Below the pieces are notes generated by a model. It saw only the letters and a list, made by a program, of their open reading frames with translations, searched no databases and had not been told where the DNA came from. Shown here in pieces: positions 37,125-47,578 of a stretch of 64,000 nucleotides of DNA. The stretch spans positions 352,001-416,000 of the forward strand of contig JBIJDH010000003.1 of the NCBI GenBank assembly GCA_044344255.1. The letters are read 5' to 3'. The stretch comes from Myxococcota bacterium. GTDB taxonomy: Bacteria > Myxococcota_A > UBA796 > UBA2385. Each line of letters opens with the position of its first letter. Position 1 is the first letter of the stretch. The position numbers and the translations under genes are program-made.

Positions 37125-38692
37125 GGAGACGGCTCGCTGCAGAGGTAGGGGCGGCAGGCGCAGAGGGCCGCCGCGACGGCGGGAGCCGCTCCCGGCGCCG
37201 CGATCACGGCGAGGCCCCGGGCGAGGCCGCTCCGGAGCGCCTGGGCGTCGTCGGGGTGGGGATCGGCGGGGAGGGCCGCGCAGCGCTCCGCTTCGCCGGC
37301 GCCGCCGAGGCCGACCCTACGTCCGAGCTCGAAGAGGTGGTCTTGTCTGCAGATCGCCAGCCTGTCGACATGTTGATCGAGGAAGGCGGCTGCGGCGACG
37401 AGGTCTTGCGGGCGCCCCTGGGCCCGGTCGAGGCGCTGCGGTGGGGCGCCGACCGGGACGGTGGCGTCCGCCCGATCACCGGCGACGAAGGCCGGCGGGT
37501 GATCGACCTCGGTCCAGCCGCCCACCCGGCGCGCCCCGCCCACGATCAGCCAGCCGCCAAGCAGGGCGAGGCTCAGGCCCCTCGGGCCGCGGCGAGGGAC
37601 TGACGCCGCTGCGAGGGCGGCACCCAGCCACAGAAGCGGCAGCAGAGGTGCGCGATACCTCAAGTTGAAAGGGTCGTATCCGCGAACGGCCGGATTGTCG
37701 TCCCAGAGGTCAAAGCGGATCAGCCAGGCCGTGAGGAGGCCGCCGCAGAGCAGCAGGGGGAGCGCTCGCGCGGCGTGGACGGGGGCCGGGCGGCCGCCCG
37801 CGTGGAGCGTCGCGCCGCCGAGGCCGAGCAGCAGCAGGCCTCCCCAGAGCGCTCCACCCAGGAGGTCGAGCTCCCCCTGGGGGCCGTCGGGCCAGAGCCC
37901 ACCCTCGAGAAAATCGCCGACTAACCATCGGTACAGCGCGTCAGGGGGGGCGAGGGTTGCGGCGTGCAGGGAGAGCGGATCGGCCGCGAGGTGGAGCGGG
38001 ATGGCGTGGTGTTGGAGGGCAAAGGGGAGGAGGCCGACGAGCGCGCCGGCGATCCCGATCAGCCCCCGCGCCCGCGTCGCCCAGAGCCCGACGAGGAGGA
38101 GCCCGGGGAGGGCGTAGGCGGTGCTGCGACAGAACCAGATCGAGGCCCCGGCGAGGAGCCCTGCGGTGAAGAGCTGCGCCAGCGCGGCCGGCCCCGCGCC
38201 GGGAGCCCCCGCGCGGCAGGCCCGGGCGCACAGGGCCGCGGCGCTCAGGGTGAGCGCGCTCGCCTCGATGTGGTTGCCGAAGCCGGTGAAGGAGAGCTCC
38301 CGGAAGAACTCGGGCGCAGAGAGGGCGAAGGCCAGGAAGGCGGCGCCGGCGAGGGCCCCCGCGAGCTCCCGCGCGAGGAGGGCGCCAGCGCCGACGAGCA
38401 GCAGGTGAAAGCCGGCGGGCACGAGCTTCCAGACGAAGGTGCCCGCGCCGAGCAGCCGGAGGAGCGGGGCGGCGAGCAGGGCCTCGGTCGTGCAGCCGCC
38501 GCAGAAGGGTCGGTATTGGAGGGCCCAGAGGGCCTCCACGTGCCCACAGGCGAGCTGCGCTCCGGCGATGGCGTTGTAGCGCTCCTCCGTGCTCACGCGG
38601 AGGCCGGGGCCGAAGCGGAGTTCGACCAGGGTCGCGAGCAGCTCGAGCGCGAAGAGGCCCGCCAGCAGGCGATCGGCGCGAGGGACATTCAC
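37121..38692 (-). CDS. Polytopic membrane protein, GT-C candidate (paralog)
   Basis: GTG 38692 (GTGA overlap); STEERYNA, YRPFCGGCT, GFGNHIEA, FNLRYR. Confidence 0.6.
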   Translation of the reverse strand: MNVPRADRLLAGLFALELLATLVELRFGPGLRVSTEERYNAIAGAQLACGHVEALWALQYRPFCGGCTTEALLAAPLLRLLGAGTFVWKLVPAGFHLLLVGAGALLARELAGALAGAAFLAFALSAPEFFRELSFTGFGNHIEASALTLSAAALCARACRAGAPGAGPAALAQLFTAGLLAGASIWFCRSTAYALPGLLLVGLWATRARGLIGIAGALVGLLPFALQHHAIPLHLAADPLSLHAATLAPPDALYRWLVGDFLEGGLWPDGPQGELDLLGGALWGGLLLLGLGGATLHAGGRPAPVHAARALPLLLCGGLLTAWLIRFDLWDDNPAVRGYDPFNLRYRAPLLPLLWLGAALAAASVPRRGPRGLSLALLGGWLIVGGARRVGGWTEVDHPPAFVAGDRADATVPVGAPPQRLDRAQGRPQDLVAAAAFLDQHVDRLAICRQDHLFELGRRVGLGGAGEAERCAALPADPHPDDAQALRSGLARGLAVIAAPGAAPAVAAALCACRPYLCSEPSP

Positions 38693-40086
38693 GGACAGGC
38701 CCACCAGCGGCCGACGACCGCGGCGTCGAGCGCGGTGTGGAGGGCGGCGAGGCCGTCCCAGGCGCCGCCGAGGCGGGGGTGGTGGTCGCAGAGGGGCGTG
38801 GACCAGGCCCTCACTTGGGCCTCCGTGCCGGCGAAGACGCGGTGGCGGTCGCCCTCGTCGAGGAGGGGGAGCGGCCAGACGGTGCGCGCGAGGTCCGCCC
38901 GCTCGCCCGAGGCGATGACGACGACGACTCCGCCGGGTCGCAGGTCGTCGACCGGGACCCCTCGGAGGGCGAGGTCCAGCATCACGGCGCCGGGCTCGGC
39001 GGCGGGGGAGGCAGAGATCCAGGCCCCGTCGACGACGAGCGGCCGAGCGGGGAGCGCGTACAGGCGGTCGGCGATGCGGGTCTCGAGGGCGAGGCTGCCC
39101 GGGCGGCGGAGCGCGTCGGCGCCGTCTTCGGGATCGGGGGGCGGACGGAGCAGCAGCAGGCCGAGCAGGGGGCCGGGCCCCGTCAAGGCCGCCCAGCCGG
39201 CGAGGGCCGGCAGGCTCAGCAGGCGGAGGTGGTAGTCACGGAGGTGGGCGACCCCGAAGCCGGCGGCGCAGAGCAGGGCGGCGGCTGCGACGGTCGCCAG
39301 CGCGAGGGGGCGGGTGCGGGCGGAGAGGAGGCCGACGATCAGGCCGCCCGCAATGAAGAGGGAGGCCGCACCTCCAACTTCGAAGAAGGTGGTCACGGCG
39401 TCTTGGAGGAGCGCGGCGGACCCTTGGGAGGGCTGTGCGGCGGCCACCTCGAAGAGGCCCCCGAGGCCGGGGAGCGGCAGCAGGAGGCCCGGCAGGAGGC
39501 CGAGGGCGGCGCGGCGGTGGGCGGGCAGGGTGAGGAGCAGCGGGGCCAGGCAGAGCGAGAAGGGGTGGTTCATCACCGCGAAGCCGAAGCCGAAACCGGC
39601 GAGGAGCCCCGCCCGACCGGGCCGCTGGAGCCCGACCCCGAGGGCCATCACGCCGGCCCAGCAGGGGCCGAGGTAGGCTCGGGCGCCGCTCGTGGTGGTG
39701 TCGATGAGCCCGGGATCGAGGGCGACCGTGAGGCCGACCAAGGCCGCCGCGCCCCAGGCTCGCCCGCTCCGGCCCAGGACCAGCAGGACCCCGAGGGGCG
39801 CGGCGAGGGCGTGGACCACGAACAGGGCTCGGACCGCCGACCACAACGAGGCCACCCCGCCGAGGATCACGGTGTAAGGCAGGTTCAGACCCCAGCCGAA
39901 GAGCGGCGCGTGAGGCCGCCAGCGCTGGTCCGAGGCGGCCCGCCACCAGGGGCCGACGCTGTCACCAAGCACCTGCGCCGTCCCCAGCCCTCGCCAGCGC
40001 AGGGCCAGCGCCAAGCCGAAGGCTCCCCCGATCAGGAGGACCTTCAGCAGAGCAGCCTTGCCACCCCTTGGGCCAACGCCGAACAA
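38689..40086 (-). CDS. Polytopic membrane protein, possible GT-C
   Basis: Multiple TM helices, LALRW..GD after TM1, soluble C-terminus; coupled to the paralog pair. Confidence 0.55.
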   Translation of the reverse strand: MFGVGPRGGKAALLKVLLIGGAFGLALALRWRGLGTAQVLGDSVGPWWRAASDQRWRPHAPLFGWGLNLPYTVILGGVASLWSAVRALFVVHALAAPLGVLLVLGRSGRAWGAAALVGLTVALDPGLIDTTTSGARAYLGPCWAGVMALGVGLQRPGRAGLLAGFGFGFAVMNHPFSLCLAPLLLTLPAHRRAALGLLPGLLLPLPGLGGLFEVAAAQPSQGSAALLQDAVTTFFEVGGAASLFIAGGLIVGLLSARTRPLALATVAAAALLCAAGFGVAHLRDYHLRLLSLPALAGWAALTGPGPLLGLLLLRPPPDPEDGADALRRPGSLALETRIADRLYALPARPLVVDGAWISASPAAEPGAVMLDLALRGVPVDDLRPGGVVVVIASGERADLARTVWPLPLLDEGDRHRVFAGTEAQVRAWSTPLCDHHPRLGGAWDGLAALHTALDAAVVGRWWACP

Positions 40087-40140
40087 GCAGGCCTCCGTGG
40101 CCGAGGGCTCCAGGACGAGCGCCCCCGCCGCGGCGGCAGC

Positions 40141-41712
40141 TTAGCCCGCGGAGTGCGCCTCGAAGGCGGCGCGCTTGCCGGACTCGATGGCCCCCTGCAT
40201 CCAGCCCGACCAGATCGAGGTGTGCTCCCCACAGAAGTGCACCCGCCCTTCGGCCAGGCCCGCTGCCTTGAACAGCCACCACTGCCCGGGCAGGATGTCG
40301 CACCAGGCGCCATAGACCCAGGGATCTTCTCCCCAGCACTTCTGGTCGTAGAGGACGGTCTGCGCGGAGAGGTTGGGGAAGAAGGCTTCGATTCGCTCGG
40401 TGATCCAAGCGCGACGGTCTGCCTCGGGCTGCGCCATCATCGCCGCGGCGTTCTCGTGCTGCAGGTAGGCGGTGATGAGGCCGGTCGCGCCATCCTGGCA
40501 ATTGCTGAGGTCCCAGATGCGCTCGGCCTGGGAGTCGGTCTTGGCGATCTTGAGCCCGCCGATGCCCTCGGCCTGCCAGAAGCGGGTGCGCGTCTGGAAG
40601 AAGCCTCGGGAGCTGCCCATCATGAACATCTCGTCGATGGCCCGGGTCTTCTCGGTGGAGAAGGCGGGGCTGACCGGGATGTCGCGGAGGATGGTGAAGG
40701 GGATGGCGCAGATGAGGTGGTCACCCTCCACGGTCTTGATGTGGCAGTCGTCCTCGACGTAGGTGACCTTGACGCCCTCATCGCTGTGTTCGATGTGCAG
40801 AACGACACAGTTGAGCTGCACCACGTCGCCCAGGCGCTCGGCGAGGCCGGTGGGGATGAGGTCGTTGCCGCCCTTGACGTGGAAGGTGCGGTCCCAGGCT
40901 TGGTCGGCCACCTCCTGCGCCATCCAGGGCAGGGCGCCGATGGTGCTGAGCTCGGAGCCGTTGTCGGCGCCGTAGAGGGCGAGCCAGTCGTCGCTCGCGC
41001 CCTGGGCGACGAGGTAGTCGGTCCAGCTGTAGCCGTCCCACAGGGCTTCGTTGGCGGCGCCGGGGAAGGTGCCGTCGCGCGGGTTGCCGAACTCTTCGAA
41101 GTGCGCCGCGATGTAGTCGCTCCACATCCCGAGGCCGTGGATCTGCTCGTCGGCGGTGAGATCGAGGGGCCAAGCTTCGCCCTCGGTGTGCATGAAGCGG
41201 TCGCCGTGGATGTAGTAGAGCGGCTCTCCGCCGACGAACTCCTCGAGCTCGAGGCCGAGCTCCTCGACATAGCCGAGGGTGTGTTCGTGCACGTCGGGGA
41301 TGCGCACGGCGCCGTATTCGCCGACCTGATCGTTCAACCAATGGCGGGAGCTGTGGACGCGGCCGCCGACGCGGTCCTGAGCCTCGAGCACCACGACCTC
41401 GTGGCCCAGACGGACGAGCTCAGTGGCGGCGCTGAGCCCAGAGAGCCCGCCGCCGATGACGATGACCTTCAGGGGTTCACCCGAGCCGCCGTCGGAGCCC
41501 TCGAGCGGGCCCCCACCCGTGTCGGCTCCGCCGCCGGGCCCACCCGAGCCGCCGGTGTCCTCCGCGCCTTCCTTCTCAAAGCAGCCACCGAGGTAGACCG
41601 AGACGCCGGAGGTCGCCAGGACGCCGAGGAACCGTCGTCGGTCGATCTCCCACTGGGCGCGTGCCTCGGGGCTCTGGTGCAGGCGGCGCGGCACCTTGAA
41701 GTCATGGGCCAT
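40141..41712 (-). CDS. Flavin monoamine oxidase / L-amino acid oxidase family, Tat lipoprotein
   Basis: DRRRFL twin-Arg plus LGGC lipobox; IGGGLSGL, EAQDRVGGR, HFCGEHT..GWMQGAIESG. Confidence 0.9.
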   Translation of the reverse strand: MAHDFKVPRRLHQSPEARAQWEIDRRRFLGVLATSGVSVYLGGCFEKEGAEDTGGSGGPGGGADTGGGPLEGSDGGSGEPLKVIVIGGGLSGLSAATELVRLGHEVVVLEAQDRVGGRVHSSRHWLNDQVGEYGAVRIPDVHEHTLGYVEELGLELEEFVGGEPLYYIHGDRFMHTEGEAWPLDLTADEQIHGLGMWSDYIAAHFEEFGNPRDGTFPGAANEALWDGYSWTDYLVAQGASDDWLALYGADNGSELSTIGALPWMAQEVADQAWDRTFHVKGGNDLIPTGLAERLGDVVQLNCVVLHIEHSDEGVKVTYVEDDCHIKTVEGDHLICAIPFTILRDIPVSPAFSTEKTRAIDEMFMMGSSRGFFQTRTRFWQAEGIGGLKIAKTDSQAERIWDLSNCQDGATGLITAYLQHENAAAMMAQPEADRRAWITERIEAFFPNLSAQTVLYDQKCWGEDPWVYGAWCDILPGQWWLFKAAGLAEGRVHFCGEHTSIWSGWMQGAIESGKRAAFEAHSAG

Positions 41713-41835
41713 ATCTTCTCCATTCAGGGTCCGTACCCTGTGCAATCATTGCGACTCGGCGACGCTACCACAGTCCGTTGACGATCGATGTGGAGCGTGC
41801 GGAGCCTTCAGATCGTTTCGAGATTAGGGTGTCAG

Positions 41836-43347
41836 GTGCCCAAACCCCGTGCCGGACTCTGGGTGGAGATCGCGCTGACCTTGGCGTTGATCACCATCAC
41901 GACCATCGTGCTCAACGCCGGTGTGTTCTGGCTCCTGTTGCGGCACACCGAGGAGGAGCGGCGGACGGACTTTGGCATCGCCCTGTCGACGGCGCTCACC
42001 GCCCAGCTCGAGGTCGAGGCCGGTCGGGAAGACCGCGTGGGCGGATATCGGAGGGTCCTCGCCACGTATGAGGGAGCGGGCCTCGACGTGGAGGAGCTCT
42101 ACGTCTGTGACGCCCAGATGCGCACCCTGGCCTCGGTGGCGGGGCAGGCGCCCTCGGTCCCGGACGCCGGGCTCCGGGCGGCCCTCTACGGTCGGCAGCA
42201 GTCTGTGGAGATCATCGGCTCCCGACTCGATCGCCAGTCGGTGGTGGTCACCTCCCCGGTGGCGCCGAAGGGGAACGTGGTCGCCGCCCTCCGGGTGCAG
42301 GTCCCGGTCTCCGAGGGCACCGTTCCGGGCGGGCCCTTCGCGTTCTTCTTCGCGTATGCGGGGTTCTCTGGCCTCCTGATCGCGGTGTTCGGCTTCAGCC
42401 TCTTTCGGCGGCGCCTGCTCGACCCCATCGCCCGCATTCGGGAAGGCGCCCTGCGGATCGCGGCCGGCGACTTCGGTCACCTCGTCGGGGTGGATGGCTC
42501 CACCGAGCTGGTCGAGCTCTCCGGCGCCTTGAACACCGCGAGCAGCTCCCTCGACGCGTACCGCAGCCGCACCGCGGAGCAGGTGGAGCGCCTGGAGGCG
42601 GCGAACCGAGGCCTCGCCGCGGCGCAGGAGGCGCTGATTCGGTCCGAGAAGCTCGCCGGCGTCGGGCGCCTCGCCGCGGGGGTGGCCCACGAGATCGGCA
42701 ATCCGCTCTCGGCCGTCCTCGGCTACGTCGAGCTCCTTGGCCAGGGGCTCGACGATCCGGAGCTGGAGCGCGGGCTCATCGCGCGCTGTCACCGCGAGCT
42801 CGGCCGCATCCAGTCGATCGTCCGGCAGCTCCTGGACTACTCCCGTACGGGCTCGGGCGAGGTCCGTGACATCGACGTGGCCGCCGCGCTGGAGGAGGCG
42901 GTGGCCACCGTTCGTCCCCAGCCCCGCTTCAAGGGGATGGACCTGCGGGTGGGTGTCGAGGCGGCCTTGCCCGGCGTCACGATGGAGCCCGACAAGCTGC
43001 ACCAGGTGCTGGTGAACCTGCTGCTCAACGCCTGTGACGCCCTACGCGACCACCCCGCGCCGGCGGTGCAGCTCCGCGCGGAGCGGGACGTTGAGGGCGG
43101 GGTCTCCGTCTTCTGCATCGACAACGGTCCCGGCTTCGATCCCATCGCCCTGGAGCGCGCGTTCGAGCCCTTCTTCACCACGAAGGAGGTGGGGGAGGGC
43201 ACTGGCCTCGGCCTCGCCACCTGCCTCGTCGTGGTGGAGCGGGCGGGGGGACGCATTCAGGTGAGCAATGGTGTGGGCGGCGGCGCGCAGGTCTGGATCC
43301 GGCTGCCCGCCCGCGGTGGGGCGGCCGGGGAGCGGACACCGCGCTGA
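41836..43347 (+). CDS. HAMP-domain sensor histidine kinase (NtrB-like)
   Basis: 2 TM helices, HAMP, AHEIGNPL, NLLLNA, DNGPG, PFFTTK..GTGLGL. Confidence 0.93.
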   Translation: MPKPRAGLWVEIALTLALITITTIVLNAGVFWLLLRHTEEERRTDFGIALSTALTAQLEVEAGREDRVGGYRRVLATYEGAGLDVEELYVCDAQMRTLASVAGQAPSVPDAGLRAALYGRQQSVEIIGSRLDRQSVVVTSPVAPKGNVVAALRVQVPVSEGTVPGGPFAFFFAYAGFSGLLIAVFGFSLFRRRLLDPIARIREGALRIAAGDFGHLVGVDGSTELVELSGALNTASSSLDAYRSRTAEQVERLEAANRGLAAAQEALIRSEKLAGVGRLAAGVAHEIGNPLSAVLGYVELLGQGLDDPELERGLIARCHRELGRIQSIVRQLLDYSRTGSGEVRDIDVAAALEEAVATVRPQPRFKGMDLRVGVEAALPGVTMEPDKLHQVLVNLLLNACDALRDHPAPAVQLRAERDVEGGVSVFCIDNGPGFDPIALERAFEPFFTTKEVGEGTGLGLATCLVVVERAGGRIQVSNGVGGGAQVWIRLPARGGAAGERTPR

Positions 43348-43361
43348 GCCCCTTGGCGGCC

Positions 43362-44528
<1,167 letters not shown>

Positions 44529-44776
44529 TTGATGCTCCTGATGTCATCGGATGGATGGCGCGGCTTAGAGCGACTCTAGCGGACCTCGTCACGGGTTCCT
44601 TAACCAACTGCACCTGACAGGGGAGCCCGAGGGCCCCGAGAGCGGCATGGCGGAAGAAAAAGTCGACCCATCGGCTTGCGCCTCTACCCAACACCGAATT
44701 AACGTGTTACCCGGATTAGTATGTTCGAGGTGTTGGATAGTCCCTTCCGCTCACCGAAGGGTGAAGCGAGGTCAAA

Positions 44777-45853
44777 ATGCGTTGAGGCAATAAGCGTAAA
44801 GCGGCTTTTGTGACGCTCCTGGTTTCTGGCCTCGTGTGCCCTGCGGGTGCATTTGCGGGGAGCTGGTCCCTCGCGCCGACGAGCTACGCCACCAACTTCG
44901 ACTCCTTCACGACGACGGCCTCCGAGACGGTCACCGTCACGGTGCCGGCGAGCACCACCGTGGCCTCGCTCACGCTGGTCCCGTCCACCGACCTCACCTA
45001 GTATGCGACCGTCTCGCCGGCGGCCGGCTACACGGGGATCCACACTACCACGGCCACCACGAAGGCCTTCACGGTGGACTTCGAGGGGCTGTGCTCGGAT
45101 GACTTCGGCGAAACCCTGATCTGGTACGGCACGCTCGACGCGGTCGCCGATGGGGTCATCGTGGCCGCCCAGACCGTCGAGCTCTCCTTCGACCCCTGCG
45201 GTGGCCTGCCGCCCGTGGCCGAATGCGAAGATGTCACGGTCACTGCGGACTACGCCTGCTCGGCTTGTGTCTCGATCGATGGGGGATCCTACGATCCGGA
45301 TGAGGGCGATGACATCACGCTGGAGCAGGACTTCGAGTGTGTGACCGGGGTCGGTAGCACCGACGTGGAGCTCACGGTGTCCGATGAGTCCGGAGGTTCG
45401 GACACCTGCACATCGACGGTCACGGTCGAAGACCACACCCCCCCGGTGGTCGTCACCAAGGGCGTTGAGCTCTGGCCTCCCAACCATCAATACGAGAGCC
45501 TGTCCTTGTTGAGCTGCCTGAAGGTCAACACCGACAACTGCGGAGGCACCTCGTACAGCGCCGGTCACAACGGGAGCATCACCTCTATCTCCAGCGACGA
45601 GGTGGAAGACGCCACCGGGATGGGGGATGGCAACTCAAAGAACGACATCGTGATCAGCAGCAACACCACCTTCAAGCTGCGGGCTGAGCGCGAGGGGGCG
45701 GGCAACGGGCGCGTCTACACGGTGCGTTTCAACATGACCGATGACTCCGGCAACACGACGGCGTCGTCGTGCAAGATCACCGTTCCGCACGACCAGAGCG
45801 GCGCCACCGCTGTGGATAACGGCATGACTGCGGGCTACACCATTCGCCGCTGA
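44777..45853 (+). pseudogene. Secreted HYR-like / 'LWPPNH'-domain protein interrupted by two in-frame stops
   Basis: GAGGT RBS and ATG 44777; TGA 44783-85 and TAG 44999-45001; track ORFs 44810..45001 and 45074..45853 share one frame; signal peptide ends AFA; LWPPNH..LRAER.G.GNGRVY..VPHD. Confidence 0.7.
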
Positions 45854-46061
45854 GGCCAGGCGCCGCAGGGGCGGGCCAGGGCTGCGCGGAAGCCACAGGG
45901 TTCTGCCGCGCCGTCCCCGGCCTCGTCCATGGGATAGGGCCCCGGGGTTGAGGGCAGGCCCTGATGTCGGATCCCGAGGCTGATCACTGCGCCGAAGCCC
46001 CCGAAGAGCTTGAGCGCATCGGCCCCTTCGCCCTCGCCCTGCCCGCCCGCGGTGGGGCGGC

Positions 46062-47507
46062 ATGAGATCGGGCACCGCGTTGAGCCTCGTGGTGGCTTTG
46101 GGCTTCGGCCTCCGGCTGGGGCAGGCCCTGCTGCGGTGGGACGAGGTGGCGCTGGCCTATTCGGCCTATGACGCGCCCACCGCCGCCGCGCTCTCGAGGG
46201 GAGACGTGGGGGATGCGCTGGCCACCTGGGTGGGGCTGCATCCGCCAGCCTTTGCGTTGCTGCACAACCTCTTCGAGCTGCTCCTCCCGGTCCCCTTCTG
46301 CATGATGCTGACCTCGGTCGGGCTCTCGACGGGCGCGGTGTTCCTGGTGGGGCGACGGTCGGGGCCCCTGGCCGCGCTGGTGTTGGCCACCGCCGCTACG
46401 GCGATCGGTGACGCCGGGGAGCTGAACAATTACCCGTTGGCGCTCTTCGCGCTCAGCCTCGCGCTCGTCTCCGACCGCGGAGGCTGGGCCCCGCTGGCCG
46501 CCGCGACGATCTTCGCTGGTTGGTCGCACCTCCTCGCTGGCGCCGGGGCCATCGGCCTGGTGCTCTGGCGGGCCCTCGTGGGCGGGCTGGAGCGCCCCTT
46601 GATCCCACGGGATCGTCTCCGGCTGCTCTCCGCGGTCGGCCTCGGCCTGCTGCCCGTGCTGGTCGGCGTCCTCCGGGTGGCTGATCACGGCAGCACCTGG
46701 TCGCAGCCTTCAGGAGAGCTCCGAGGGTGGATCGAGATGGTGGCCGCGGTGGTGGGCCCGGAGGGGCTGCTGCTCGGCCTCGTGGCGCTCGGCGGACTCC
46801 GATCGGGTCGCCTCGGGGCGCTGGTCGGCCTGTCGGCGCTGCTCGGGGCTTCGCTGCTCCTGGGGGCCGCGGCCGCGCATCAGCGGCCCTACCTTGCCTT
46901 CTTCTCGCCGATCGCGGCGCTCTCTATCGGGGAGATCTGTCGTGGGGAGGGGCGCGTTGGGCTGCGCGCCGCCGTGGTCGCCCTCTGCTTGCTCCGCGGA
47001 GGGCGCCTGCTCGTCGATGAGGCGGACCGGGGCACGCTCATCGTCCGAGATCTCCAGCAAGAACGTGGGGTCGATGTCGCACAACGGCGGTCCCTCCCCG
47101 GAGACGTCCTGTGGCTGGTCTCTCCAGCCCTCCAGGCCGATGATGATCGATCGGCAACCTCCCCTGTGTTGTGGCGTTTTCGACCGTGGGAGCGGTTGCC
47201 GAGGGCGACCACGGTGGTGTTCGACCCGCTCGACTGGCGGTACGGCCAGCCGAGGGAGTGGAGGGGCCGAACCTTTCACACCAGCACGGAGCTCGAGGCG
47301 GGGCCCTTCGATCATGTGGCCGCCTCGGCGTTGGCCCGGGGGGCCCATGTCTGGGTGGTGCTCTACGATCATGAGCCGGCGACCGGCCTGATCGGTCGGG
47401 TCCTCCGCACCCTACGGGTGTACGACCCCCGCTGCGAGCGGGAGCCCCGCGCCTCCGGTCTGGGGGATGACTGGGCCTGTGTGATCCCGAGGGGGCCGCC
47501 ATCTTAG
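46062..47507 (+). CDS. Polytopic membrane protein, GT-C (PMT-like) candidate
   Basis: RL...RWDE after TM1, LHPPAF, ELNNYPL; about 10 TM helices; soluble C-terminus. Confidence 0.6.
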   Translation: MRSGTALSLVVALGFGLRLGQALLRWDEVALAYSAYDAPTAAALSRGDVGDALATWVGLHPPAFALLHNLFELLLPVPFCMMLTSVGLSTGAVFLVGRRSGPLAALVLATAATAIGDAGELNNYPLALFALSLALVSDRGGWAPLAAATIFAGWSHLLAGAGAIGLVLWRALVGGLERPLIPRDRLRLLSAVGLGLLPVLVGVLRVADHGSTWSQPSGELRGWIEMVAAVVGPEGLLLGLVALGGLRSGRLGALVGLSALLGASLLLGAAAAHQRPYLAFFSPIAALSIGEICRGEGRVGLRAAVVALCLLRGGRLLVDEADRGTLIVRDLQQERGVDVAQRRSLPGDVLWLVSPALQADDDRSATSPVLWRFRPWERLPRATTVVFDPLDWRYGQPREWRGRTFHTSTELEAGPFDHVAASALARGAHVWVVLYDHEPATGLIGRVLRTLRVYDPRCEREPRASGLGDDWACVIPRGPPS

Positions 47508-47578
47508 TCTGGACGCCCTTCGAGACCGCCTGGCCGGCGGGGCTCGCGGCCCTGCTCTGGCTGCTGTCCCTGCTCTGG

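Noticed and set aside
38737..41781. 1014-aa + strand ORF
   Set aside because: Antisense shadow of the amine oxidase and membrane-protein genes; typical high-GC artefact with no motifs
44999..45001. Pyrrolysine/selenocysteine recoding as a firm call
   Set aside because: No pyl or sel genes in the window, and TAG/TGA serve as normal stops elsewhere; kept only as an alternative explanation
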